Assembly (NCBI GenBank): GCA_032718475.1
Contig: JAUCBJ010003411.1
Span: forward strand, 1 to 38,364
Length of the DNA: 38,364 bases
Direction: 5' to 3'
Source of the DNA: Nemertoderma westbladi
Taxonomy: Eukaryota; Animalia; Xenacoelomorpha
Shown here: positions 1 to 12,886 of the stretch, piece by piece
How positions within the stretch are numbered: the first letter of the stretch is position 1
How the letters are laid out: every line of letters starts with the position of its first letter
Position numbers and translations under genes: made by a program
Notes under the pieces: generated by a model
The model's database searches: none
What the model was told of the DNA's origin: nothing
What the model saw: the letters and a program-made list of their open reading frames with translations, nothing else

Positions 1-3000
1 TCTATGTACAGTATATATTGTTGTATGTTGGTCTCTAATCGTGTGACTTGTATTGTCTATGTACAGTATATATTGTTGTATGTTGGTCTCTAATCGTGCG
101 ACTTGTATTGTCTATGTACAGTATATATTGTTGTATGTTGGTCTCTAATCGTGTGACTTGTATTGTCTATGTATATATTGTTGTATGTTGGTCTCTAATC
201 TTGTGACTTGTATTGTCTATGTACAGTATATATTGTTGTATGTTGGTCTCTAATCTTGTGACTTGTATTGTCTATGTACAGTATATATTGTTGTATGTTG
301 GTCTCTAATCGTGTGACTTGTATTGTCTATGTATATATTGTTGTATGTTGGTCTCTAATTGTGCGACTTGTATTGTCTATGTATATATTGTTGTATGTTG
401 GTCTCTAATTGTGTGACTTGTATTGTCTATGTACAGTATATATTGTTGTATGTTGGTCTCTAATCGTGTGACTTGTATTGTCTATGTATATATTGTTGTA
501 TGTTGGTCTCTAATTGTGCGACTTGTATTGTCTATGTATATATTGTTGTATGTTGGTCTCTAATTGTGTGACTTGTATTGTCTATGTACAGTATATATTG
601 TTGTATGTTGGTCTCTAATCTTGTGACTTGTATTGTCTATGTATATATTGTTGTATGTTGGTCTCTAATTGTGTGACTTGTATTGTCTATGTACAGTATA
701 TATTGTTGTATGTTGGTCTCTAATCGTGTGACTTGTATTGTCTATGTATATATTGTTGTATGTTGGTCTCTAATTGTGTGACTTGTATTGTCTATGTACA
801 GTATATATTGTTGTATGTTGGTCTCTAATCTTGTGACTTGTATTGTCTATGTACAGTATATATTGTTGTATGTTGGTCTCTAATCTTGTGACTTGTATTG
901 TCTATGTACAGTATATATTGTTGTATGTTGGTCTCTAATCGTGTGACTTGTATTGTCTATGTACAGTATATATTGTTGTATGTTGGTCTCTAATCTTGTG
1001 ACTTGTATTGTCTATGTACAGTATATATTGTTGTATGTTGGTCTCTAATTGTGTGACTTGTATTGTCTATGTACAGTATATATTGTTGTATGTTGGTCTC
1101 TAATCGTGTGACTTGTATTGTCTATGTACAGTATATATTGTTGTATGTTGGTCTCTAATCGTGCGACTTGTATTGTCTATGTATATATTGTTGTATGTTG
1201 GTCTCTAATCTTGTGACTTGTATTGTCTATGTACAGTATATATTGTTGTATGTTGGTCTCTAATCTTGTGACTTGTATTGTCTATGTACAGTATATATTG
1301 TTGTATGTTGGTCTCTAATCTTGTGACTTGTATTGTCTATGTACAGTATATATTGTTGTATGTTGGTCTCTAATCTTGTGACTTGTATTGTCTATGTACA
1401 GTATATATTGTTGTATGTTGGTCTCTAATCTTGTGACTTGTATTGTCTATGTACAGTATATATTGTTGTATGTTGGTCTCTAATCGTGTGACTTGTATTG
1501 TCTATGTACAGTATATATTGTTGTATGTTGGTCTCTAATCTTGTGACTTGTATTGTCTATGTACAGTATATATTGTTGTATGTTGGTCTCTAATCGTGCG
1601 ACTTGTATTGTCTATGTACAGTATATATTGTTGTATGTTGGTCTCTAATCGTGCGACTTGTATTGTCTATGTATATATTGTTGTATGTTGGTCTCTAATC
1701 GTGCGACTTGTATTGTCTATGTACAGTATATATTGTTGTATGTTGGTCTCTAATTGTGTGACTTGTATTGTCTATGTACAGTATATATTGTTGTATGTTG
1801 GTCTCTAATCGTGCGACTTGTATTGTCTATGTATATATTGTTGTATGTTGGTCTCTAATCGTGCGACTTGTATTGTCTATGTACAGTATATATTGTTGTA
1901 TGTTGGTCTCTAATTGTGTGACTTGTATTGTCTATGTACAGTATATATTGTTGTATGTTGGTCTCTAATCTTGTGACTTGTATTGTCTATGTACAGTATA
2001 TATTGTTGTATGTTGGTCTCTAATTGTGTGACTTGTATTGTCTATGTATATATTGTTGTATGTTGGTCTCTAATCGTGTGACTTGTATTGTCTATGTATA
2101 TATTGTTGTATGTTGGTCTCTAATCTTGTGACTTGTATTGTCTATGTATATATTGTTGTATGTTGGTCTCTAATCGTGTGACTTGTATTGTCTATGTACA
2201 GTATATATTGTTGTATGTTGGTCTCTAATCGTGTGACTTGTATTGTCTATGTACAGTATATATTGTTGTATGTTGGTCTCTAATTGTGTGACTTGTATTG
2301 TCTATGTACAGTATATATTGTTGTATGTTGGTCTCTAATCTTGTGACTTGTATTGTCTATGTATATTGTTGTATGTTGGTCTCTAATCTTGTGACTTGTA
2401 TTGTCTATGTATATTGTTGTATGTTGGTCTCTAATCGTGTGACTTGTATTGTCTATGTACAGTATATATTGTTGTATGTTGGTCTCTAATTGTGTGACTT
2501 GTATTGTCTATGTACAGTATATATTGTTGTATGTTGGTCTCTAATTGTGTGACTTGTATTGTCTATGTACAGTATATATTGTTGTATGTTGGTCTCTAAT
2601 CTTGTGACTTGTATTGTCTATGTATATTGTTGTATGTTGGTCTCTAATCTTGTGACTTGTATTGTCTATGTATATTGTTGTATGTTGGTCTCTAATCGTG
2701 TGACTTGTATTGTCTATGTACAGTATATATTGTTGTATGTTGGTCTCTAATTGTGTGACTTGTATTGTCTATGTACAGTATATATTGTTGTATGTTGGTC
2801 TCTAATCTTGTGACTTGTATTGTCTATGTACAGTATATATTGTTGTATGTTGGTCTCTAATCTTGTGACTTGTATTGTCTATGTACAGTATATATTGTTG
2901 TATGTTGGTCTCTAATCGTGTGACTTGTATTGTCTATGTACAGTATATATTGTTGTATGTTGGTCTCTAATCGTGTGACTTGTATTGTCTATGTACAGTA

Positions 3001-6000
3001 TATATTGTTGTATGTTGGTCTCTAATCGTGCGACTTGTATTGTCTATGTACAGTATATATTGTTGTATGTTGGTCTCTAATCGTGTGACTTGTATTGTCT
3101 ATGTACAGTATATATTGTTGTATGTTGGTCTCTAATCGTGTGACTTGTATTGTCTATGTACAGTATATATTGTTGTATGTTGGTCTCTAATCGTGTGACT
3201 TGTATTGTCTATGTACAGTATATATTGTTGTATGTTGGTCTCTAATCGTGTGACTTGTATTGTCTATGTACAGTATATATTGTTGTATGTTGGTCTCTAA
3301 TCTTGTGACTTGTATTGTCTATGTACAGTATATATTGTTGTATGTTGGTCTCTAATCGTGTGACTTGTATTGTCTATGTACAGTATATATTGTTGTATGT
3401 TGGTCTCTAATCGTGCGACTTGTATTGTCTATGTATATATTGTTGTATGTTGGTCTCTAATCGTGCGACTTGTATTGTCTATGTACAGTATATATTGTTG
3501 TATGTTGGTCTCTAATCGTGCGACTTGTATTGTCTATGTATATATTGTTGTATGTTGGTCTCTAATCTTGTGACTTGTATTGTCTATGTACAGTATATAT
3601 TGTTGTATGTTGGTCTCTAATCGTGTGACTTGTATTGTCTATGTACAGTATATATTGTTGTATGTTGGTCTCTAATCGTGCGACTTGTATTGTCTATGTA
3701 TATATTGTTGTATGTTGGTCTCTAATCGTGCGACTTGTATTGTCTATGTACAGTATATATTGTTGTATGTTGGTCTCTAATCTTGTGACTTGTATTGTCT
3801 ATGTACAGTATATATTGTTGTATGTTGGTCTCTAATCGTGCGACTTGTATTGTCTATGTACAGTATATATTGTTGTATGTTGGTCTCTAATCTTGTGACT
3901 TGTATTGTCTATGTACAGTATATATTGTTGTATGTTGGTCTCTAATCGTGCGACTTGTATTGTCTATGTACAGTATATATTGTTGTATGTTGGTCTCTAA
4001 TCTTGTGACTTGTATTGTCTATGTACAGTATATATTGTTGTATGTTGGTCTCTAATCGTGTGACTTGTATTGTCTATGTACAGTATATATTGTTGTATGT
4101 TGGTCTCTAATCGTGCGACTTGTATTGTCTATGTACAGTATATATTGTTGTATGTTGGTCTCTAATCGTGTGACTTGTATTGTCTATGTATATATTGTTG
4201 TATGTTGGTCTCTAATCGTGTGACTTGTATTGTCTATGTACAGTATATATTGTTGTATGTTGGTCTCTAATCGTGTGACTTGTATTGTCTATGTATATAT
4301 TGTTGTATGTTGGTCTCTAATCGTGTGACTTGTATTGTCTATGTACAGTATATATTGTTGTATGTTGGTCTCTAATCGTGCGACTTGTATTGTCTATGTA
4401 TATATTGTTGTATGTTGGTCTCTAATCGTGCGACTTGTATTGTCTATGTACAGTATATATTGTTGTATGTTGGTCTCTAATTGTGTGACTTGTATTGTCT
4501 ATGTACAGTATATATTGTTGTATGTTGGTCTCTAATCTTGTGACTTGTATTGTCTATGTACAGTATATATTGTTGTATGTTGGTCTCTAATCGTGCGACT
4601 TGTATTGTCTATGTACAGTATATATTGTTGTATGTTGGTCTCTAATCTTGTGACTTGTATTGTCTATGTACAGTATATATTGTTGTATGTTGGTCTCTAA
4701 TCTTGTGACTTGTATTGTCTATGTACAGTATATATTGTTGTATGTTGGTCTCTAATCGTGTGACTTGTATTGTCTATGTACAGTATATATTGTTGTATGT
4801 TGGTCTCTAATCTTGTGACTTGTATTGTCTATGTACAGTATATATTGTTGTATGTTGGTCTCTAATCTTGTGACTTGTATTGTCTATGTATATATTGTTG
4901 TATGTTGGTCTCTAATCGTGTGACTTGTATTGTCTATGTATATATTGTTGTATGTTGGTCTCTAATCGTGCGACTTGTATTGTCTATGTATATATTGTTG
5001 TATGTTGGTCTCTAATCGTGTGACTTGTATTGTCTATGTATATATTGTTGTATGTTGGTCTCTAATCGTGCGACTTGTATTGTCTATGTATATATTGTTG
5101 TATGTTGGTCTCTAATCGTGTGACTTGTATTGTCTATGTACAGTATATATTGTTGTATGTTGGTCTCTAATTGTGTGACTTGTATTGTCTATGTACAGTA
5201 TATATTGTTGTATGTTGGTCTCTAATCTTGTGACTTGTATTGTCTATGTACAGTATATATTGTTGTATGTTGGTCTCTAATCGTGCGACTTGTATTGTCT
5301 ATGTATATATTGTTGTATGTTGGTCTCTAATCTTGTGACTTGTATTGTCTATGTACAGTATATATTGTTGTATGTTGGTCTCTAATCTTGTGACTTGTAT
5401 TGTCTATGTACAGTATATATTGTTGTATGTTGGTCTCTAATCGTGCGACTTGTATTGTCTATGTATATATTGTTGTATGTTGGTCTCTAATCGTGCGACT
5501 TGTATTGTCTATGTATATATTGTTGTATGTTGGTCTCTAATCTTGTGACTTGTATTGTCTATGTATATATTGTTGTATGTTGGTCTCTAATCGTGTGACT
5601 TGTATTGTCTATGTACAGTATATATTGTTGTATGTTGGTCTCTAATCTTGTGACTTGTATTGTCTATGTACAGTATATATTGTTGTATGTTGGTCTCTAA
5701 TCGTGCGACTTGTATTGTCTATGTACAGTATATATTGTTGTATGTTGGTCTCTAATCTGTGTGACTTGTATTGTCTATGTACAGTATATATTGTTGTATG
5801 TTGGTCTCTAATCGTGCGACTTGTATTGTCTATGTATATATTGTTGTATGTTGGTCTCTAATCGTGCGACTTGTATTGTCTATGTACAGTATATATTGTT
5901 GTATGTTGGTCTCTAATCTTGTGACTTGTATTGTCTATGTACAGTATATATTGTTGTATGTTGGTCTCTAATCGTGCGACTTGTATTGTCTATGTACAGT

Positions 6001-8633
6001 ATATATTGTTGTATGTTGGTCTCTAATCTTGTGACTTGTATTGTCTATGTACAGTATATATTGTTGTATGTTGGTCTCTAATCGTGTGACTTGTATTGTC
6101 TATGTACAGTATATATTGTTGTATGTTGGTCTCTAATCGTGCGACTTGTATTGTCTATGTACAGTATATATTGTTGTATGTTGGTCTCTAATCGTGTGAC
6201 TTGTATTGTCTATGTATATATTGTTGTATGTTGGTCTCTAATCGTGTGACTTGTATTGTCTATGTACAGTATATATTGTTGTATGTTGGTCTCTAATCGT
6301 GTGACTTGTATTGTCTATGTATATATTGTTGTATGTTGGTCTCTAATCGTGTGACTTGTATTGTCTATGTACAGTATATATTGTTGTATGTTGGTCTCTA
6401 ATCGTGCGACTTGTATTGTCTATGTATATATTGTTGTATGTTGGTCTCTAATCGTGCGACTTGTATTGTCTATGTACAGTATATATTGTTGTATGTTGGT
6501 CTCTAATTGTGTGACTTGTATTGTCTATGTACAGTATATATTGTTGTATGTTGGTCTCTAATCTTGTGACTTGTATTGTCTATGTACAGTATATATTGTT
6601 GTATGTTGGTCTCTAATCGTGCGACTTGTATTGTCTATGTACAGTATATATTGTTGTATGTTGGTCTCTAATCTTGTGACTTGTATTGTCTATGTACAGT
6701 ATATATTGTTGTATGTTGGTCTCTAATCTTGTGACTTGTATTGTCTATGTACAGTATATATTGTTGTATGTTGGTCTCTAATCGTGTGACTTGTATTGTC
6801 TATGTACAGTATATATTGTTGTATGTTGGTCTCTAATCTTGTGACTTGTATTGTCTATGTACAGTATATATTGTTGTATGTTGGTCTCTAATCTTGTGAC
6901 TTGTATTGTCTATGTATATATTGTTGTATGTTGGTCTCTAATCGTGTGACTTGTATTGTCTATGTATATATTGTTGTATGTTGGTCTCTAATCGTGCGAC
7001 TTGTATTGTCTATGTATATATTGTTGTATGTTGGTATCTAATCGTGTGACTTGTATTGTCTATGTATATATTGTTGTATGTTGGTCTCTAATCGTGCGAC
7101 TTGTATTGTCTATGTATATATTGTTGTATGTTGGTCTCTAATCTTGTGACTTGTATTGTCTATGTACAGTATATATTGTTGTATGTTGGTCTCTAATTGT
7201 GTGACTTGTATTGTCTATGTACAGTATATATTGTTGTATGTTGGTCTCTAATCTTGTGACTTGTATTGTCTATGTACAGTATATATTGTTGTATGTTGGT
7301 CTCTAATTGTGCGACTTGTATTGTCTATGTATATATTGTTGTATGTTGGTCTCTAATCTTGTGACTTGTATTGTCTATGTACAGTATATATTGTTGTATG
7401 TTGGTCTCTAATCTTGTGACTTGTATTGTCTATGTACAGTATATATTGTTGTATGTTGGTCTCTAATCGTGCGACTTGTATTGTCTATGTATATATTGTT
7501 GTATGTTGGTCTCTAATCGTGCGACTTGTATTGTCTATGTATATATTGTTGTATGTTGGTCTCTAATCTTGTGACTTGTATTGTCTATGTATATAATGTT
7601 GTATGTTGGTCTCTAATCGTGTGACTTGTATTGTCTATGTACAGTATATATTGTTGTATGTTGGTCTCTAATCTTGTGACTTGTATTGTTTATGTACAGT
7701 ATATATTGTTGTATGTTGGTCTCTAATCGTGCGACTTGTATTGTCTATGTACAGTATATATTGTTGTATGTTGGTCTCTAATTGTGTGACTTGTATTGTC
7801 TATGTACAGTATATATTGTTGTATGTTGGTCTCTAATCGTGCGACTTGTATTGTCTATGTATATATTGTTGTATGTTGGTCTCTAATTGTGCGACTTGTA
7901 TTGTCTATGTACAGTATATATTGTTGTATGTTGGTCTCTAATCGTGTGACTTGTATTGTCTATGTATATATTGTTGTATGTTGGTCTCTAATCTTGTGAC
8001 TTGTATTGTCTATGTATATATTGTTGTATGTTGGTCTCTAATCGTGTGACTTGTATTGTCTATGTACAGTATATATTGTTGTATGTTGGTCTCTAATCGT
8101 GTGACTTGTATTGTCTATGTACAGTATATATTGTTGTATGTTGGTCTCTAATTGTGCGACTTGTATTGTCTATGTATATATTGTTGTATGTTGGTCTCTA
8201 ATCGTGTGACTTGTATTGTCTATGTATATATTGTTGTATGTTGGTCTCTAATCTTGTGACTTGTATTGTCTATGTACAGTATATATTGTTGTATGTTGGT
8301 CTCTAATCGTGTGACTTGTATTGTCTATGTACAGTATATATTGTTGTATGTTGGTCTCTAATCGTGCGACTTGTATTGTCTATGTACAGTATATATTGTT
8401 GTATGTTGGTCTCTAATCGTGCGACTTGTATTGTCTATGTATATATTGTTGTATGTTGGTCTCTAATCTTGTGACTTGTATTGTCTATGTACAGTATATA
8501 TTGTTGTATGTTGGTCTCTAATCGTGTGACTTGTATTGTCTATGTACAGTATATATTGTTGTATGTTGGTCTCTAATCTTGTGACTTGTATTGTCTATGT
8601 ACAGTATATATTGTTGTATGTTGGTCTCTAATC
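1..8633. repeat. Satellite A, left arm: 55-bp monomer TCTATGTACAGTATATATTGTTGTATGTTGGTCTCTAATCGTGTGACTTGTATTG, with 50-bp (minus CAGTA) and rare 48-bp variants; about 160 copies, open at window start
   Basis: Direct head-to-tail repetition. Variation is almost confined to presence/absence of CAGTA, TAAT(CGT/CTT/TGT) and G(T/C)GAC. Confidence 0.99.
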
Positions 8634-10169
8634 TAGTGGAGTAGATGGTGTTCCCCCTGAGGTCTTTAAAATACCTGAGTGTTTAAAGCTCATCTATCCC
8701 ATCATAGTAGACATGTACCGTACAACAAGAGTCCCACAAGAAATGAAAACAAATAAGTTGGTGCCAGTTCCCAAGAAGGGCAACCTAACACTCTATGGTT
8801 CTTTTCGGGGAATCTCATTGATCTCGATTGCTGCAAAACTATACAATAGAATTCTATTAAATCGCATCAGGGATCCCATTGAGAGACTGCTACGTGGAAA
8901 TCAGAATGGGTTCCGTAAAGGTCGTGGGACCATGGAGCCCATTTTGGCACTTAGAAGGATAATTGAAGAGTTATCAAAAAAGAAAGACAGGCATCTGGCT
9001 GTTATCTTTGTTGACTTCTTCAAGGCCTTTGATTCAGTCTCTCGCTCACGTATGTTCAGCATACTTTCATTATATGGGATTCCTGATGAAATTATTGCAG
9101 CAATCAGATCAGTATACGATGGTTCGACAACATTTGTGTCTACTGTTGACGGTGACACAGAACCATTTGAAGTGTTATGGGGCGTCCTCCAAGGAGACAC
9201 ACTTGCACCATTCTTGTTCATTATTGTGGTTGACTATGTTCTACGCATGTCCTTAGATCATCATAATGATGATGGGGTGATGATAACTCCACCTACTGGC
9301 TCCAGAAGTCGAGGAAATCCTGCCAAGTACCTAACTGATCTAGACTTTGCTGATGACTTAGGAGTACTCTCAGAATCATTAGAGGGAGCCCAGCGGCTCC
9401 TCAGCTCATTAGAACATGCTGCTTCTAGTGTTGGTCTTTTTATTAACTCCAGAAAGACCAAAATTCTGACAGTTAACTTTGAAAGTCCTCAGCAAGTCTC
9501 TGATCGGATGAGCATAAGCTCAAAGGATGGTATGCTTGAGCATGTGGACGACTTCTGTTACCTGGGATCATGGATCCGGAAGTCAGGTGAGGACCTCCGA
9601 ATACGTAAGGGAAAGGCATGGGCAGCCTTGAATAGGCTTTCCAGGATTTGGAAGTCACCTATAATTAATCGGAAACTTAAGGTCCGATTATTTAGAGCAG
9701 CAGTAGTTCCAGTACTACTCTACGGGAGTCCATGCTGGGCTCTAACTGCTGAGGACACCAAATCTCTGGATGGCACATTCACAAGAATGCTACGCCGGGT
9801 ACATTGTGTCAAGTACAATGCACACATCTCCAACCAGACACTATATAACATTGGAGGTGTCTCATTGGTTCCCCCAAGCTTGACACTAGAACAAAATCGC
9901 CTCCGCTTTGCAGGACATTGCTTTCGCCATGAGGACCAGCCAGTGCATAATCTTGTACTTTGGCAGCCTCATGGAGTGAATAAGCATGGTGGACAGCCCA
10001 TGACTTTCTTGAGACGCATCTTAAAGGACACTGGCCTTAAAGATGCGGATGATCTAGCAAATGTCATGGGTGATAGGGAGTTGTGGCGGTGCAATTTTGT
10101 TGACAAGCCGGCACAGCATTCTTAAAAATGCAGCTGCAATGCAGCATGCCGATCCTAGTAGTAGTAGTA
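8634..10169 (+). mobile_element. 5'-truncated RTE-clade non-LTR retrotransposon (LINE) inserted into satellite A
   Basis: RT ORF, 30-nt 3' UTR and (TAG)5 tail at 10156-10170. Flanked by direct repeat GTATGTTGGTCTCTAATC at 8616-8633 and 10170-10187. No endonuclease domain, consistent with 5' truncation. Confidence 0.95.
8635..10125 (+). CDS. Reverse transcriptase and C-terminal part of the RTE-type LINE ORF (5'-truncated; the ATG at 8713 is internal)
   Basis: Frame is open from the insertion junction: SGVDGVPPEVFK (domain-0 KAxGxDG motif), FRGISLISIAAKLY, QNGFRKGR, FVDFFKAFDSV, GVLQGDTLAPFLF, LDFADD (catalytic), CYLGS, VLLYGS, RLRFAGH. No stops or frameshifts before TAA at 10123-10125. Confidence 0.93.
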   Translation, partial: SGVDGVPPEVFKIPECLKLIYPIIVDMYRTTRVPQEMKTNKLVPVPKKGNLTLYGSFRGISLISIAAKLYNRILLNRIRDPIERLLRGNQNGFRKGRGTMEPILALRRIIEELSKKKDRHLAVIFVDFFKAFDSVSRSRMFSILSLYGIPDEIIAAIRSVYDGSTTFVSTVDGDTEPFEVLWGVLQGDTLAPFLFIIVVDYVLRMSLDHHNDDGVMITPPTGSRSRGNPAKYLTDLDFADDLGVLSESLEGAQRLLSSLEHAASSVGLFINSRKTKILTVNFESPQQVSDRMSISSKDGMLEHVDDFCYLGSWIRKSGEDLRIRKGKAWAALNRLSRIWKSPIINRKLKVRLFRAAVVPVLLYGSPCWALTAEDTKSLDGTFTRMLRRVHCVKYNAHISNQTLYNIGGVSLVPPSLTLEQNRLRFAGHCFRHEDQPVHNLVLWQPHGVNKHGGQPMTFLRRILKDTGLKDADDLANVMGDRELWRCNFVDKPAQHS

Positions 10170-10187
10170 GTATGTTGGTCTCTAATC
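10170..10187 (+). repeat. Right copy of the target-site duplication of the RTE insertion (left copy 8616-8633)
   Basis: The satellite breaks at ...CTCTAATC before the element and resumes at GTATGTTGGTCTCTAATC after it, so 15-18 bp of monomer phase is duplicated. The first bases (GTA) overlap the TAG tail. Confidence 0.9.
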
Positions 10188-12458
10188 GTGTGACTTGTAT
10201 TGTCTATGTACAGTATATATTGTTGTATGTTGGTCTCTAATCTTGTGACTTGTATTGTCTATGTACAGTATATATTGTTGTATGTTGGTCTCTAATCGTG
10301 TGACTTGTATTGTCTATGTATATATTGTTGTATGTTGGTCTCTAATTGTGTGACTTGTATTGTCTATGTACAGTATATATTGTTGTATGTTGGTCTCTAA
10401 TCGTGTGACTTGTATTGTCTATGTATATATTGTTGTATGTTGGTCTCTAATTGTGTGACTTGTATTGTCTATGTATATATTGTTGTATGTTGGTCTCTAA
10501 TTGTGTGACTTGTATTGTCTATGTACAGTATATATTGTTGTATGTTGGTCTCTAATCGTGCGACTTGTATTGTCTATGTACAGTATATATTGTTGTATGT
10601 TGGTCTCTAATCGTGCGACTTGTATTGTCTATGTATATATTGTTGTATGTTGGTCTCTAATCTTGTGACTTGTATTGTCTATGTACAGTATATATTGTTG
10701 TATGTTGGTCTCTAATCGTGTGACTTGTATTGTCTATGTACAGTATATATTGTTGTATGTTGGTCTCTAATCTTGTGACTTGTATTGTCTATGTACAGTA
10801 TATATTGTTGTATGTTGGTCTCTAATCGTGTGACTTGTATTGTCTATGTACAGTATATATTGTTGTATGTTGGTCTCTAATCTTGTGACTTGTATTGTCT
10901 ATGTACAGTATATATTGTTGTATGTTGGTCTCTAATCGTGTGACTTGTATTGTCTATGTATATATTGTTGTATGTTGGTCTCTAATTGTGTGACTTGTAT
11001 TGTCTATGTACAGTATATATTGTTGTATGTTGGTCTCTAATCGTGTGACTTATATTGTCTATGTATATATTGTTGTATGTTGGTCTCTAATTGTGTGACT
11101 TGTATTGTCTATGTACAGTATATATTGTTGTATGTTGGTATCTAATCGTGTGACTTGTATTGTCTATGTATATATTGTTGTATGTTGGTATCTAATCGTG
11201 TGACTTGTATTGTCTATGTATATATTGTTGTATGTTGGTCTCTAATCGTGTGACTTGTATTGTCTATGTACAGTATATATTGTTGTATGTTGGTATCTAA
11301 TCGTGTGACTTGTATTGTCTATGTATATATTGTTGTATGTTGGTATCTAATCGTGTGACTTGTATTGTCTATGTATATATTGTTGTATGTTGGTCTCTAA
11401 TCTTGCGACTTGTATTGTCTATGTACAGTATATATTGTTGTATGTTGGTCTCTAATTGTGTGACTTGTATTGTCTATGTACAGTATATATTGTTGTATGT
11501 TGGTCTCTAATAGTGCGACTTGTATTGTCTATGTATATATTGTTGTATGGTGGTCTCTAATCGTGCGACTTGTATTGTCTATGTACAGTATATATTGTTG
11601 TATGTTGGTCTCTAATAGTGCGACTTGTATTGTCTATGTATATATTGTGGTATGTTGGTCTCTAATCTTGTGACTTGTATTGTCTATGTACAGTATATAT
11701 TGTTGTATGTTGGTCTCTAATCGTGTGACTTGTATTGTCTATGTATATATTGTTGTATGTTGGTCTCTAATCGTGCGACTTGTATTGTCTATGTATATAT
11801 TGTTGTATGTTGGTCTCTAATCTTGTGACTTGTATTGTCTATGTACAGTATATATTGTTGTATGTTGGTCTCTAATCGTGTGACTTGTATTGTCTATGTA
11901 CAGTATATATTGTTGTATGTTGGTATCTAATCGTGTGACTTGTATTGTCTATGTATATATTGTTGTATGTTGGTATCTAATCGTGTGACTTGTATTGTCT
12001 ATGTATATATTGTTGTATGTTGGTATCTAATCGTGTGACTTGTATTGTCTATGTATATATTGTTGTATGTTGGTCTCTAATCGTGTGACTTGTATTGTCT
12101 ATGTACAGTATATATTGTTGTATGTTGGTATCTAATCGTGTGACTTGTATTGTCTATGTATATATTGTTGTATGTTGGTATCTAATCGTGTGACTTGTAT
12201 TGTCTATGTATATATTGTTGTATGTTGGTCTCTAATCTTGCGACTTGTATTGTCTATGTACAGTATATATTGTTGTATGTTGGTCTCTAATTGTGTGACT
12301 TGTATTGTCTATGTACAGTATATATTGTTGTATGTTGGTCTCTAATAGTGCGACTTGTATTGTCTATGTATATATTGTTGTATGTTGGTCTCTAATCGTG
12401 TGACTTGTATTGTCTATGTATATATTGTTGTATGTTGGTCTCTAATCGTGTGACTTGT
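10170..12458. repeat. Satellite A, right arm (55/50-bp monomers, about 43 copies)
   Basis: Same monomer as 1-8633. Extra variants GGTATCTAAT and TAATAGTGCG appear near the edge. Ends at GTGACTTGT, 12458. Confidence 0.99.
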
Positions 12459-12551
12459 TTTGTCGCGAGGTCCAGCAGTGCACTATTTTATGCTATAATG
12501 GCTTTTGGAGAGAGTAAGCCTGGTAGACAGCCCATGAGTGTCTTGGAATGC
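12456..12551 (+). mobile_element. Degraded fragment of the same or a related RTE family
   Basis: 12506-12551 aligns ungapped to 9972-10017 at 37/46 identity (GESKPGRQPMSVL vs GVNKHGGQPMTFL). 12456-12505 aligns more loosely, with gaps, to about 9918-9971 (GAGGTCCAGC-AGTGCA vs GAGGACCAGCCAGTGCA). Confidence 0.8.
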
Positions 12552-12886
12552 TTTGTCCGTTTATCTACTGTATTTGTCACGCGTGGATGTCCTGTTATTT
12601 ATTCGACATGCGTCCGTCTGGTTATTTACTTAATTTCTTTAATTCTGATAATTTAATTGTAAAAAATGTGTCCAGTTATTTATTTAATCAAGTCGCGGTT
12701 ACAACATTGAAAAGTCAACCTTTATTTACCTTATTCTAATGTCAATACGAAAGTAGTTGATTTTCCTTAGCTTCGTGGATAGTATTCCTAATAGTCCCAT
12801 ATCACTATCACATCTCACAATGGTACAATTATAGCCATGATCCCAATGAAATAAACTTTGCTTTCGGAGAGATATTGATGTCGTTA

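Noticed and set aside
8901-9658. Short antisense and alternative-frame ORFs inside the RT gene
   Set aside because: They are shadow ORFs of the RT coding sequence with no recognisable motifs.
8635-10125. RT as a retron, DGR, group II intron or telomerase-like enzyme that generates the flanking repeats
   Set aside because: The motifs, C-terminal region, tandem-repeat tail, 5' truncation and TSD all fit an ordinary RTE LINE inserted into a pre-existing array. The element contains no template for the satellite monomer.
1548-12345. Many 63-86 aa Cys/Tyr/Val-rich ORFs
   Set aside because: They are translations of satellite A monomer combinations and have no coding signature.
12730-12855. Open minus-strand frame starting LFHWDHG and ending AG|GTAAAT as candidate globin exon 2
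   Set aside because: It has a weak AAG acceptor and lacks C2 Pro, CD1 Phe and the distal His.
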